Shown one piece after another: positions 9,206 to 18,244 of a stretch of 64,000 nucleotides of DNA (positions within the stretch are counted from its first letter, which is position 1; each line of letters begins with the position of its first letter). Position numbers and translations under genes: made by a program. The DNA is from Candidatus Harrisonbacteria bacterium (GTDB lineage Bacteria; Patescibacteriota; Minisyncoccia; UBA6257; 02-FULL-45-10c), in contig JACPTS010000001.1 in assembly GCA_016192685.1 (NCBI GenBank), positions 225,710 through 289,709 of the forward strand, in the 5' to 3' direction. The notes beneath the pieces are model-generated. The model saw only the letters and a program-made list of their open reading frames with translations. It made no database searches and was not told the origin of the DNA.

Positions 9206-12200
9206 TTATATTTTCCTAACTCCTATCCAAATCGGCTGATTTTCTAATTTCGTACTTAATTCAACGTCAAATTTTGCCGATTTCTTAAAAACTAAATCGT
9301 TCGCGCCTACTTCTTTTTTAAGCTTACCGCTATTTCGTTCCCAAATTGCCGTTAATTCTTTTGGCGCCTCAACCATTAAAGCTATTTTATCTTTTGGCAC
9401 ATAATGCGCGTCATGCCGCAAACCCTGAACCATCCGCACTAATTCCCTAACTAGCCCCTCTTCTTTTAATTCCGGCGTTACGATGATATCCAAACCAACT
9501 TCACTCTCTAAATGCTGATTCCATTTCACTTCTTTAACATTAACCTCATCTTTTAAAATTTCCAGCAATTCCGCATCTCTTATATCCAACTTTTGACTTT
9601 TAACTTCTAAACTTTGAAGGGGTTGGCGGACTTTAATGCCTTTTTCCGCCCGCAGTGCCAGCGTCAGACTGGAAAGCCGCCGCACTTCTTCCATTTTTTC
9701 TAAAAGCGTATAGTCAATGGATTTTTTATCTGCTTCCGGCCAATCTTCTAAATGGACTGATTCTTTAGCTTTTAGCTTTGAGCTGTTAGCTTTTAGGGTT
9801 AGGGATTGATAAAGACTTTCGGCAAAAAATGGCGTAAATGGCGCAATCAATTTACTCAATTCCAAAAGACAGCGAAAAAGCGTGGCAGAAACAGACTGGA
9901 AATCTTTTTGGTCTGTTGGGCGCTGAAGCCGAGAGCGTGAACGCCGAATATACCAACGCGACAAATCATCCACGAAAACCTCCAGCGCCTTTCCCGAAGA
10001 GCCGACATCGTATTTTTCTAAATCATCGGTAGTCTTCTGAATAACTTGATTCAATCTTGCCAAAATCCACCCGTCTAAAATATTGTCTATTGTCTGTTGT
10101 CTGTCTGTTATCTGTTTGTCCCCGTATGTCTCAAAGAATACAAACGAATTATAAATAATCATAATAAATTTTCGGAGCGTTTTACCCAAATCCTGCTCAT
10201 CAAACTTTTTCGGTTCTGCCGGCGGATTAATCGTATAAAAATACCAACGCACCGCATCGACGCCATATTTATTCACCATATCCCAAGGACTAACTACATT
10301 GCCCTTAGACTTAGACATTTTTTGGCCGTTTTTATCAAGAACCAAACCAAGGGTAATGACATTTTTATACGGCGGCTCTTCAATTCCCAAAGCCGTAGCA
10401 ACGGCAAGAAGCGTATAGAACCATCCGCGAGTCTGGTCAATGCCCTCGCTAATATAATCTGCCGGAAAATCAATGCACTCCTGTAAAGTCTTTAGTCTTA
10501 AGTCATTAATCTTAAGTTTTTTAGCGCAGCTAAAAGGATAATGATCCTGCGCGAATGGCATTGCCCCGGAATCAAACCAGACATCCGCCACCTCTTTTAC
10601 CCTAACCATTTTCTTTCGGCACTTCGGACAGCGCAAATAAATATTATCCGCGTAAGGCCGATGCAAGTCCAATTCCGCGTTTCTATTATAAGGCCAATTA
10701 TGAAGTTCTACTTGCAAAACTTCGCCATTATTATGGATATAATCGGATTTCAAAATTTCTTCATTTGATAACCCAAGCATCGTCCCTTTAAGCATCCAAA
10801 GCGGTTCGCCGTGGCTAATTATCAAAATATTTTTATCGCTATATTTAGAATTAATATCCAAAACTGCTCCAAGCATCCTTTTTTTAACATCGTTTAAATT
10901 TTCTCCGCCAGGAGGCGTCTTGGTAAATTCTTCTAAGTGATTGTTAAAAAACTTTTTATGTTCTTCAATCAGTTGCCAATTAAAAATACCGCAATTAATT
11001 TCGGCTAAGCGCTTATCAATGATTATTTTTGCCTTGGTGACTTTGGCTACAATTTTAGCGGTTTCTCTGGTGCGAAAATAAGGGGAGGTAAAAATTAAAT
11101 CCAGTTTTTTTCCCTTAAGCAATTTTTTTAAATTTTTGGCGGCTTTTTGAATTTGCTCCTTCCCCTTCTTGGTAAGTTTAGAAATGTTTTTTCCTCTCTC
11201 CGGCCCAGCGGCAATTAAATTAGTTAAATTATGGTCTGATTCGCCATGCCGCAGCAGCCAAAAATTATTTTTAGAAAATCGCAATTTATCTAAATCTTCT
11301 AAGCCGCCGATTACCTCCCGATAATCGCATTTCTCGCATTCCCAAATCGGAAGCGGGGTGCCCCAATAACGATTGCGGGAAATCGCCCAGTCTTTAATTT
11401 CTCTAAGCCACTCGCCGAATCGTCCATCTTTGATATGCTCCGGAATCCAATTAATTTTTCGATTGCCCCTTAAAAGCTCGTCCCGCAGCTGACTCATCTC
11501 CACAAACCAAGAAAATTGGGATAAATATAAAAGCGGAGCATTGCAACGCCAGCAAAATGGATAGTCATGTTCAATAACCGCTCTTTTAAAGAGAATTTTT
11601 CTTTTATCCAAATCATTAATAATATCTTCATCAGCTTTTTTCACAAACTTCCCAGCTCCCGGCAGCCCCCTGGCGACGACGCCTTTCCCATCAATAGTAA
11701 TAGGAATCTGGCCTACTAACTCCTTTTGATACTTCTTAACTAAATTCATATCGTCTTCGCCAAAAGCCGGGGCGATATGGACGAGCCCAGTACCATCTTC
11801 AATAGAAACAAAATCCGCCGGATAAACCTGAAAAAATTTTTTATTTTTAAGCCATGGCCCCCCCACCTTGAACAACGGCTCGTATTTTAAGCCAACTAAT
11901 TTTTTTCCGGAAACTTTTTCTATCACTTCAACTTCTATCCCCGGTTCAACTGGGGGCGCATTATACGACCACAAAAATTCTTTACCAACTCTATACTTTG
12001 TATAAATAAGCTCTGGATTTACCGCCACTGCCACATTGGACGGGAGCGTCCAGGGCGTAGTAGTCCAAACAAGCAAAAATTCTTTTTGTTTGATACTTGA
12101 CACTTGACGCTTGATACGAAACTTAACATAAATCGATGGGTCCTTAACTTTCTGATACACGTCGGGCATACCCAACTCCGCATGGGAAAGCGGCGTCTGG

Positions 12201-12787
12201 CAACGCGGGCAATAAGGAACAATTTTAAAAGATTGAGTTAATAATCCACGTTTAGCAATTTGTTTAAATACCCACCACAAACTTTCTATATATTCCGATT
12301 TATAAGTAATATAAGGATTTTTTAAATCCAGCCAAAAACCGATTCGGTCTGTTAATTTTTCCCACTCGTCCTGATATTTCCAAACCGATGATTTGGCTTT
12401 TTCATTGAATTCGGCAATGCCGAATTTTTCTATATCCTGCTTATTTTTCAAGCCCAGCTCTTTTTCCACTTCAATTTCTACCGGAAGCCCATGAGTATCC
12501 CAACCGGCTTTCCTGCGGACAAAAAACCCGCGCATTGTTTTGAATCGCGGAATCACGTCTTTAAATGCCCGGCTTAAAACATGATGGATTCCCGGTCGGC
12601 CATTGGCAGTCGGCGGACCTTCAAAAAAACGAAAAACCTTTTGTCCGGCTTTTTTAATTTGAGTTTTCTCAAAAATCCGGTTTTCCTTCCAAAATTTCAA
12701 AACTTCCTCCTCAATTTCCGGCAATTTGAATTCTTTAATACCTCTAAGCATATGCTTAATAATAAGGAAAAATTGGGCTATTTTCAA
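9206..12787 (-). CDS. ileS: isoleucine--tRNA ligase (type 2) with an inserted histidine-phosphatase (PGAM-like) domain
   Basis: HIGH-type N-terminus (PPTANGRPGIHHV), KMSKSKGN motif and Zn-binding Cys pairs. Residues about 508-700 carry NNFWLLRHGESDHN ... ILIISHGEP, the RHGE and SHG motifs of the histidine phosphatase superfamily. The more likely start is the second Met, at about 12751. Confidence 0.85.
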   Translation of the reverse strand: MKIAQFFLIIKHMLRGIKEFKLPEIEEEVLKFWKENRIFEKTQIKKAGQKVFRFFEGPPTANGRPGIHHVLSRAFKDVIPRFKTMRGFFVRRKAGWDTHGLPVEIEVEKELGLKNKQDIEKFGIAEFNEKAKSSVWKYQDEWEKLTDRIGFWLDLKNPYITYKSEYIESLWWVFKQIAKRGLLTQSFKIVPYCPRCQTPLSHAELGMPDVYQKVKDPSIYVKFRIKRQVSSIKQKEFLLVWTTTPWTLPSNVAVAVNPELIYTKYRVGKEFLWSYNAPPVEPGIEVEVIEKVSGKKLVGLKYEPLFKVGGPWLKNKKFFQVYPADFVSIEDGTGLVHIAPAFGEDDMNLVKKYQKELVGQIPITIDGKGVVARGLPGAGKFVKKADEDIINDLDKRKILFKRAVIEHDYPFCWRCNAPLLYLSQFSWFVEMSQLRDELLRGNRKINWIPEHIKDGRFGEWLREIKDWAISRNRYWGTPLPIWECEKCDYREVIGGLEDLDKLRFSKNNFWLLRHGESDHNLTNLIAAGPERGKNISKLTKKGKEQIQKAAKNLKKLLKGKKLDLIFTSPYFRTRETAKIVAKVTKAKIIIDKRLAEINCGIFNWQLIEEHKKFFNNHLEEFTKTPPGGENLNDVKKRMLGAVLDINSKYSDKNILIISHGEPLWMLKGTMLGLSNEEILKSDYIHNNGEVLQVELHNWPYNRNAELDLHRPYADNIYLRCPKCRKKMVRVKEVADVWFDSGAMPFAQDHYPFSCAKKLKINDLRLKTLQECIDFPADYISEGIDQTRGWFYTLLAVATALGIEEPPYKNVITLGLVLDKNGQKMSKSKGNVVSPWDMVNKYGVDAVRWYFYTINPPAEPKKFDEQDLGKTLRKFIMIIYNSFVFFETYGDKQITDRQQTIDNILDGWILARLNQVIQKTTDDLEKYDVGSSGKALEVFVDDLSRWYIRRSRSRLQRPTDQKDFQSVSATLFRCLLELSKLIAPFTPFFAESLYQSLTLKANSSKLKAKESVHLEDWPEADKKSIDYTLLEKMEEVRRLSSLTLALRAEKGIKVRQPLQSLEVKSQKLDIRDAELLEILKDEVNVKEVKWNQHLESEVGLDIIVTPELKEEGLVRELVRMVQGLRHDAHYVPKDKIALMVEAPKELTAIWERNSGKLKKEVGANDLVFKKSAKFDVELSTKLENQPIWIGVRKI

Positions 12788-12793
12788 ACAAAA

Positions 12794-12811
12794 AACCGCT
12801 GAAAAGCGGTT
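12794..12811 (-). terminator. rho-independent terminator (aaccgct gaaa agcggtt, T-run on minus strand)
   Basis: A 7-bp stem followed by ttttttgtttg on the minus strand, directly after the stop of the 95-aa gene. Confidence 0.55.
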
Positions 12812-13097
12812 AGGTATAAACTCCGTCTCTTGATTGCTGAATTATTTTCATAAGCTCACGCGTTGCATACTCTGAATATACCAAATCAATCGGCGGAAAA
12901 TCGCCACACATCGGATTCTTTCTCAAAAGCCATTTCACGGTTGCTTCTTCAGATTTAAATTCCAAAAGGGCTGAAACAACCTGCATAAGCCTTCTTTGTT
13001 TAGAGCGTTCCATCGGTCCCAAATTCGAAACCTGAAGATTCTGCAGTTTCACCACAATACCCAGCGCCGCATCTTTCATTTCCAATTCCATTTTCAT
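12810..13097 (-). CDS. MbcA/ParS/Xre-type antitoxin-like protein (DUF2384 C-terminal domain); no toxin partner detected
   Basis: The C-terminus ATVKWLLRKNPMCGDFPPIDLVYSEYATRELMKIIQQSRDGVY matches the DUF2384 signature (A..WL..pN..LgG..P.dl..t..G...v...l). The rho-independent terminator at 12794-12811 lies immediately downstream on the minus strand. Confidence 0.45.
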   Translation of the reverse strand: MKMELEMKDAALGIVVKLQNLQVSNLGPMERSKQRRLMQVVSALLEFKSEEATVKWLLRKNPMCGDFPPIDLVYSEYATRELMKIIQQSRDGVYT

Positions 13098-13180
13098 CTC
13101 CCGCGAACTACTTAATAGTAGAACAAAAAATTAAACGGCTGTAAAGTTAGCAGGATTAAAATTTAGCAATTGCTAAATTT

Positions 13181-14749
13181 TCACATTTTTTTGAGTTTAC
13201 TAATGCCAAGAATATCAAAAAGGTTTTCTAAAATTATTTTAGTGGCGGAAACTAACGCTAAACGGGATTGCTCTAAATTTTTATCGCCAAAGCCGATTAC
13301 TCTCTCTTTTTCATAAAAATTATGGAATGCTTTTGCTAGTTCCGTCGCGTATCTGGTTAACCGATGGACTTGGTAATCTTCCGCGGTCTGCGCCAAAACA
13401 TCCGGCAATTTCACCAACTCTAACATTAACTTAACCTCCGAATCTGATTTCAAAAGTCGTAAGTCGTAAGTCGTAAGTCGTAAGTTAGCGCGTTTTAATA
13501 TATTTAAAACGCGTACGTAAGCATATTGCGCGTAATAAACCGGATTTTTCTGCGACCGCTCTTTAGCCAAATCCAAATCAAAATCCATGTGGGTATCCAA
13601 AGAATGCATCAAAAAGAAAAACCGCGCGGCATCTTTACCCGCCGTAGCCTTAGCGGAGGAGGGCGCGCCAACTTCTTTTAAAAGCTCATCTAAAGTAATA
13701 AACTCGCCCTTTCTTTTAGACATTTTCACTTCTTTCCCGCCGCTTACCAAACGCACTAATTGAGTAATTAAAATCTTAAGCCGTTCCGGTTTTACGCCCA
13801 ATGCCTCAATGCCCTTTTTCATTCTTTGGGCATAGCCATGGTGGTCCGCGCCCCAAATATCAATCGCTAAATTAAATTTCCTTTTTAAAAATTTATCGTA
13901 ATGATAAGCTAAGTCCGCCAAAAAATAAGTCGGGTTGCCGTCTGATTTTATAAGCACGCCATCGCCAAGCCACAAAGCCCCGTCCTTTTTTTCAACTAGC
14001 CCCTTCTTTTCTAAAAACTGCAAGGTTTTTTTAAGCTCTCCTTTTTTATGTAAATTCTTCTCTTCTGAAAACCAAACATCGTGCTTAATCCCCGCGCTTT
14101 TCAGTGATGCCTTTATTGATTTTAATAAAATAGTGGTCGCTTGTTTAGCTGATTTATCTTTTAATTTTTTTATATAATCTCCTTGATAGTATTCTTCTTT
14201 CCAAGGAATTTTCCCTGCGACTGCTAAAATGCTCTCTCCCAGTAGTTTTATCTGATTGCCGGTATCGTTTATATAATATTCCCGCGTCACTTTATGCCCA
14301 GCATTTTCTAAAACATTCGCCAAAACATCACCATAAAATCCGCTCCGGCCATTAGCCATTGTCAGCGGGCCGGTTGGGTTAGCAGAAACGAATTCTAAAT
14401 TTATTTTTTGAGCGCGTAGTCCATAGGTTGTAGAGCGTAGATTTCCGTATTTATTTTTCTTTTTTAAAATTTCTTTCAATTCTTTTTGTAGAATTTCCGG
14501 CTTCAGCCAAAAATTAATAAAGCCAGGCGCAACTGCCTCAACTTTACTAAACACATTTGACTTTTGACCTTTGACATTTAACTCAATCTCTTTGGCAACC
14601 GCCATCGGCGATTTCTTCAAAACCGGCGCCAACTTAAAAGCCGCATTTGTGGAATAATGCCCAAAATCTTCTTTCTCGCTCGCCGAGACGTTAAAATCAA
14701 CTTCTGTCCCAACGGCCTTTTTAATCTCTTTTTTTATAAACTCAAGCAT
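13181..14749 (-). CDS. argS: arginine--tRNA ligase
   Basis: 522 aa with the ArgRS N-terminal add-1 domain pattern. A class I HIGH-like region, PTGPLTMANGRSG. An in-frame (gtcgtaa)x4 tandem repeat at 13455-13485. Confidence 0.85.
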   Translation of the reverse strand: MLEFIKKEIKKAVGTEVDFNVSASEKEDFGHYSTNAAFKLAPVLKKSPMAVAKEIELNVKGQKSNVFSKVEAVAPGFINFWLKPEILQKELKEILKKKNKYGNLRSTTYGLRAQKINLEFVSANPTGPLTMANGRSGFYGDVLANVLENAGHKVTREYYINDTGNQIKLLGESILAVAGKIPWKEEYYQGDYIKKLKDKSAKQATTILLKSIKASLKSAGIKHDVWFSEEKNLHKKGELKKTLQFLEKKGLVEKKDGALWLGDGVLIKSDGNPTYFLADLAYHYDKFLKRKFNLAIDIWGADHHGYAQRMKKGIEALGVKPERLKILITQLVRLVSGGKEVKMSKRKGEFITLDELLKEVGAPSSAKATAGKDAARFFFLMHSLDTHMDFDLDLAKERSQKNPVYYAQYAYVRVLNILKRANLRLTTYDLRLLKSDSEVKLMLELVKLPDVLAQTAEDYQVHRLTRYATELAKAFHNFYEKERVIGFGDKNLEQSRLALVSATKIILENLFDILGISKLKKM

Positions 14750-14828
14750 CTTTCAATAATATCACTGCTTGACTTAAAATTTAAGTTGAAATAAGCTGAT
14801 GTCAGCTCGCTGAAATAATAAAAATCTG

Positions 14829-15116
14829 ATGAAAAAGCTTCTGCCGATTTTCTTAATAACGATTGGCTTAAATGCCTGTAGTCAAAAAAATCAAAACGAA
14901 GATAACTATATAAAATCTTACTCTGGGATTATACAAGTAATCAAAGAATACCCGGGCCGCAATTGCGATATTGGTCTGGATAGAAGATGGGTGCAAGGCG
15001 TAGATCTAAATGATTGTAAAAAAGTAAACATCGGAGATAAGGTTCTGTTTGTTGAAAAAGTTGAAAATGGATTAGTTAGAATAAAAATGCAAAAACTAAA
15101 TCCAAATCTGCCCTAA
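14829..15116 (+). CDS. small lipoprotein (signal peptide and lipobox LNAC)
   Basis: MKKLLPIFLITIGLNAC... followed by a weak terminator hairpin at 15108-15130. Confidence 0.45.
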   Translation: MKKLLPIFLITIGLNACSQKNQNEDNYIKSYSGIIQVIKEYPGRNCDIGLDRRWVQGVDLNDCKKVNIGDKVLFVEKVENGLVRIKMQKLNPNLP

Positions 15117-15128
15117 CCGGCAGGTTTT

Positions 15129-15815
15129 TTATTCAACCAAAAAGTCGTTTCCCCAAGAACAATATGCACACTCGCTATGAATTTTGGGCATCGGGCCTTT
15201 AATTAATTCTTGGGCATTTTCAAAAACTTTTTTCGCCGCCGCTGAATCCACGTCTATTTTTTTTATTGTTATCTCAAAACGCACTTGACCACCCTCCGCC
15301 ACATCTTTTGGAATGTAATAACAAAGATACCCGAAACCGGCTGATTTCATGCCATTAGCTTCCAGCATCAACGAATAGCAATTCAACTGATTTTGGTAAA
15401 AACTGGAAGAATCTTCTTTTAAGTCATAACCTCTGGTTTTGTAATCAAATGGCATATAAACTTGTTTTTCTGGATTCACTAAAAGATCGTCTAGTGCGCC
15501 GCTTAAAATCGCCCCAGATTCTATATCTTTATAAACCAATCCAGTCCTCCAGCTCCGCCATTTATTCAATAAATCCAAATCCGCCATTAAAATTCCGTCC
15601 ACTTTCCCGTCAATTTCCGGCGGCATTTTCCCCTGCAAACGATATTTATCAAAATATTTTTTAATCAGATTATCCATTCCGCCCGGAAGCGACGGGAAAA
15701 TTCCCCGCGGCCGGTGAATCCCCTGCACCTGCTCCAGCCAAAAACACTTGGAACATTCCAAAAATAAATTCAGTGTTGAGGGCGATAATCTTATTTGTCC
15801 GTCTTTTGATTTCAT
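15129..15815 (-). CDS. PD-(D/E)XK nuclease-superfamily / Cas4-like protein with N- and C-terminal Cys pairs (putative Fe-S)
   Basis: 228 aa. CSKC near the N-terminus and CAYCSW at the C-terminus bracket a RecB-like core. The family assignment is tentative. Confidence 0.3.
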   Translation of the reverse strand: MKSKDGQIRLSPSTLNLFLECSKCFWLEQVQGIHRPRGIFPSLPGGMDNLIKKYFDKYRLQGKMPPEIDGKVDGILMADLDLLNKWRSWRTGLVYKDIESGAILSGALDDLLVNPEKQVYMPFDYKTRGYDLKEDSSSFYQNQLNCYSLMLEANGMKSAGFGYLCYYIPKDVAEGGQVRFEITIKKIDVDSAAAKKVFENAQELIKGPMPKIHSECAYCSWGNDFLVE

Positions 15816-15845
15816 CGTAATAATTATATCCCATATAATAAATGT

Positions 15846-16286
15846 ATGAAACCATTATCCGAAAACCGAAAAGCGAGGTTTGATTATGAAATTTTAGAGA
15901 CCTATGAAGCTGGGATTGTTTTAACTGGCCAGGAGGTGAAATCAATAAAAGCCGGCCGGGCAAATTTAACCGGCTCATTCGTAGTAATAAAACCAGATGG
16001 AGCGTCTTTGTTAAATACTCAAATTCCGCCTTATCAGCCTAAAAACACACCGGCCGATTATAAACCGGATAGAACCCGCCAACTGCTTTTAAATAAAAAA
16101 GAGCTTAATTATCTTTTTGGAAAAACTAAAGAAGGTTTGACGATTGTACCGCTTTCCATCTATAATAAAGGTCGCCGAATTAAACTCTCTATCGGCCTCG
16201 CCCGACACAAGAAAAAACAGGATAAAAGGGAAACTATAAAGGAAAGAGAATTTAAAAGGGAGCAAGGAAGAACATTAAAAGAATAA
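15846..16286 (+). CDS. smpB: SsrA-binding protein
   Basis: RKARFDYEILETYEAGIVLTGQEVKSIK... is canonical SmpB. tmRNA lies immediately downstream. Confidence 0.9.
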   Translation: MKPLSENRKARFDYEILETYEAGIVLTGQEVKSIKAGRANLTGSFVVIKPDGASLLNTQIPPYQPKNTPADYKPDRTRQLLLNKKELNYLFGKTKEGLTIVPLSIYNKGRRIKLSIGLARHKKKQDKRETIKEREFKREQGRTLKE

Positions 16287-16634
16287 GGGGGTGTAAAGCT
16301 TCGACAATTTATCTTCTATCAGATTTGCAAGCCGAGCTGAATTAACTCGCAAAACTAATTCAAAATAATAAGTGCAAACTTATTCAATCGTCAGCCAGCT
16401 TACGCTTTAGCATAACTGGCCATTGTTCAGCCAAAGCTTGATAGGTTGATAAACAATGTCATTAATCAAGCTCTGCCTTGATAAGCCGAGTGTCAAAGCG
16501 AATCACAATCGGCAAAAGATCTTTGGTATTTTGTTGAATTTTAGCCTTAGATCTTAAACAATAATTCAACTAAGCTTGTAGAAAATTTGATAGTAATAAT
16601 TTGGACGCGGGTGCAATTCCCGCCACTTCCACAA
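16287..16634 (+). ncRNA. ssrA: tmRNA (SsrA)
   Basis: The 5' end gggggtgtaaagcttcgac and 3' end ggacgcgggtgcaattcccgccacttcca form a tRNA-like domain. The internal tag frame is gca aac tta ttc aat cgt cag cca gct tac gct tta gca taa, reading ANLFNRQPAYALA*. Length is about 348 nt. It sits directly after smpB. Confidence 0.85.
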
Positions 16635-16673
16635 CTATACAAATAAAATCTATTTTGTTATACTTTTAAAATC

Positions 16674-17171
16674 TTGATTAGAACTAACGAAAAAATAACC
16701 GCTTTGGAATTGCGGGTCATTGGAGAAGATGGGTCAAATATCGGTGTTTTGCCGCTTGCGGAAGCGTTGAAAATGGCTAAAGAAAGAGGGTTGGATCTTA
16801 TTGAAATCGCGCCAACAGCCAAACCGCCAGTCGGAAAAATAATGAGCTATGACAAATACCGCTATCAAGAAACCAAAAAACTCAAAAAACAGCGCGCCGG
16901 GACAAAAACCCAAGAGTTAAAAGGGGTGAGAATCAGCGCCCGGGCCGCCGAACACGACCTTCAAGTAAAAGCGAATAAAGTAAATGAGTTTTTAAATGAA
17001 GGCCATATAGTGGAAATCCAATTAGTAATGCGCGGTCGGGAAAAAGCTAACCGGGACTGGGCTAGGCAAAAATTATTGGATTTTATAAAAATGATTATTC
17101 CGGAACATAAAGTATTGCTGGAGCCAAAATATAGTTTTAGGGGATTTAATATGCAAGTAGTGAAGAAATAA
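16674..17171 (+). CDS. infC: translation initiation factor IF-3 (TTG start)
   Basis: ELRVIGEDGSNIGVLPLAEALKMAKERGLDLIEIAPTAKPPV is conserved IF-3. The start is non-ATG (TTG), typical for infC. It is followed by rpmI and rplT. Confidence 0.85.
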   Translation: MIRTNEKITALELRVIGEDGSNIGVLPLAEALKMAKERGLDLIEIAPTAKPPVGKIMSYDKYRYQETKKLKKQRAGTKTQELKGVRISARAAEHDLQVKANKVNEFLNEGHIVEIQLVMRGREKANRDWARQKLLDFIKMIIPEHKVLLEPKYSFRGFNMQVVKK

Positions 17172-17204
17172 CTTACGACCAACAACTAACGACAAACAAC
17201 TACA

Positions 17205-17384
17205 ATGAGAAAGTCTTTTTCAAAAAGAATCAGGGTCACTAAAACCGGAAAAATGCTCCGCCGGAGAATGGCACAGGATCATTTCCGGGCCAAGAGGACC
17301 GGCAAACAAACCCGCAATAAAAGAAAGGGGTTGTCTTTAGGGCAATCTGATGTTAAAGTATTCCAGAAATATTTAAAGCAATAA
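17205..17384 (+). CDS. rpmI: 50S ribosomal protein L35
   Basis: 59 aa, MRKSFSKRIRVTKTGKMLRRRMAQDHFRAKRTGKQTRNKRKG..., lying between infC and rplT. It is below the ORF-track size cutoff. Confidence 0.85.
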   Translation: MRKSFSKRIRVTKTGKMLRRRMAQDHFRAKRTGKQTRNKRKGLSLGQSDVKVFQKYLKQ

Positions 17385-17387
17385 TTT

Positions 17388-17732
17388 ATGAGCAGAGTCA
17401 AACGCGGTGTCATCGCCAACAAAAGACGCCGAAAAATATTAAAATATACCAAGGGCTTCCGCTGGGGCAGAAAATCCAAAGAACGGGCCGCTAAAGAAGC
17501 CCTTCTTCATGCTTGGAGCCATGCTTTTCAAGGCCGCAAAGAAAAAAAACGCAATTTCCGCGCGCTTTGGAATGTCCGTATCAATGCCGCCGCCAGAGAC
17601 AACGGAATGAAATACAGCGAATTAATCAATAAACTTAAAAAGGCGAATATAAAATTAGACCGGAAAGTACTCGCCGATCTTGCTCTAAATGAACCAAAAG
17701 TTTTTGTTAAAGTATTGGAAAAAGTCCGCTAA
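17388..17732 (+). CDS. rplT: 50S ribosomal protein L20
   Basis: MSRVKRGVIANKRRRKILKYTKGFRWGRK... is canonical L20. Confidence 0.9.
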   Translation: MSRVKRGVIANKRRRKILKYTKGFRWGRKSKERAAKEALLHAWSHAFQGRKEKKRNFRALWNVRINAAARDNGMKYSELINKLKKANIKLDRKVLADLALNEPKVFVKVLEKVR

Positions 17733-17745
17733 ATGCGGACTTTTT
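17721..17745 (+). terminator. rho-independent terminator after rplT
   Basis: aaagtccgc taaat gcggacttt is a 9-bp stem followed by a T-run. Confidence 0.7.
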
Positions 17746-17750
17746 CGTAA

Positions 17751-18230
17751 TTAAGCGTTTGGCCGCGCGGGATTTTGCGGACTACGCGGAACACTTTTTC
17801 TGCGAAGATAGTCATGGGCATTTTTTAAAATTGATTTGCTATTCCGGTGCTTTAATAATTTTTGGGCGTCATTATGCAAAAACCAGCCGTATCCTTCATG
17901 CTCATAAGATAATTTGATTTCCGGCTTGGTCGCCTGCGCTAAAAAGAAAATCACAATCTTAAAAATCTTCTGCCCCTCCCATTGATAAATATATTTATCA
18001 GTCATCTTAAAATCCCGAACTACCCGGAGCAACCGAGGCGATATACCAGTTTCTTCGGTGACTTCCCGAAGCGCGGCATCATATCCCCGCTCCCCAGCTT
18101 CCAATTTCCCCTTGGGAAAATTCCAATATCCCCTGCCATGATAGAGCAAAAGATATTTAGTATCTACTTTTCCGTCCCTATCCTTTTCCCGCTTATATAT
18201 AATTATCCCGGCTGAAATCTCCCGTGGCAT
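17751..18230 (-). CDS. NUDIX hydrolase
   Basis: Nudix box GKLEAGERGYDAALREVTEETGI. Confidence 0.8.
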   Translation of the reverse strand: MPREISAGIIIYKREKDRDGKVDTKYLLLYHGRGYWNFPKGKLEAGERGYDAALREVTEETGISPRLLRVVRDFKMTDKYIYQWEGQKIFKIVIFFLAQATKPEIKLSYEHEGYGWFLHNDAQKLLKHRNSKSILKNAHDYLRRKSVPRSPQNPARPNA

Positions 18231-18244
18231 ATAACTAAGTTTTA

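Noticed and set aside
9838-12222. Antisense or internal ORFs within ileS (9838..10032 +, 10097..10486 +, 10541..10768 +, 12019..12222 -, 12581..12802 +)
   Set aside because: They are embedded in the 1193-aa IleRS frame and have no independent support.
16961-17479. Small ORFs 16961..17185 (-) and 17279..17479 (-) overlapping infC and rpmI
   Set aside because: They are antisense to the conserved infC-rpmI-rplT genes.
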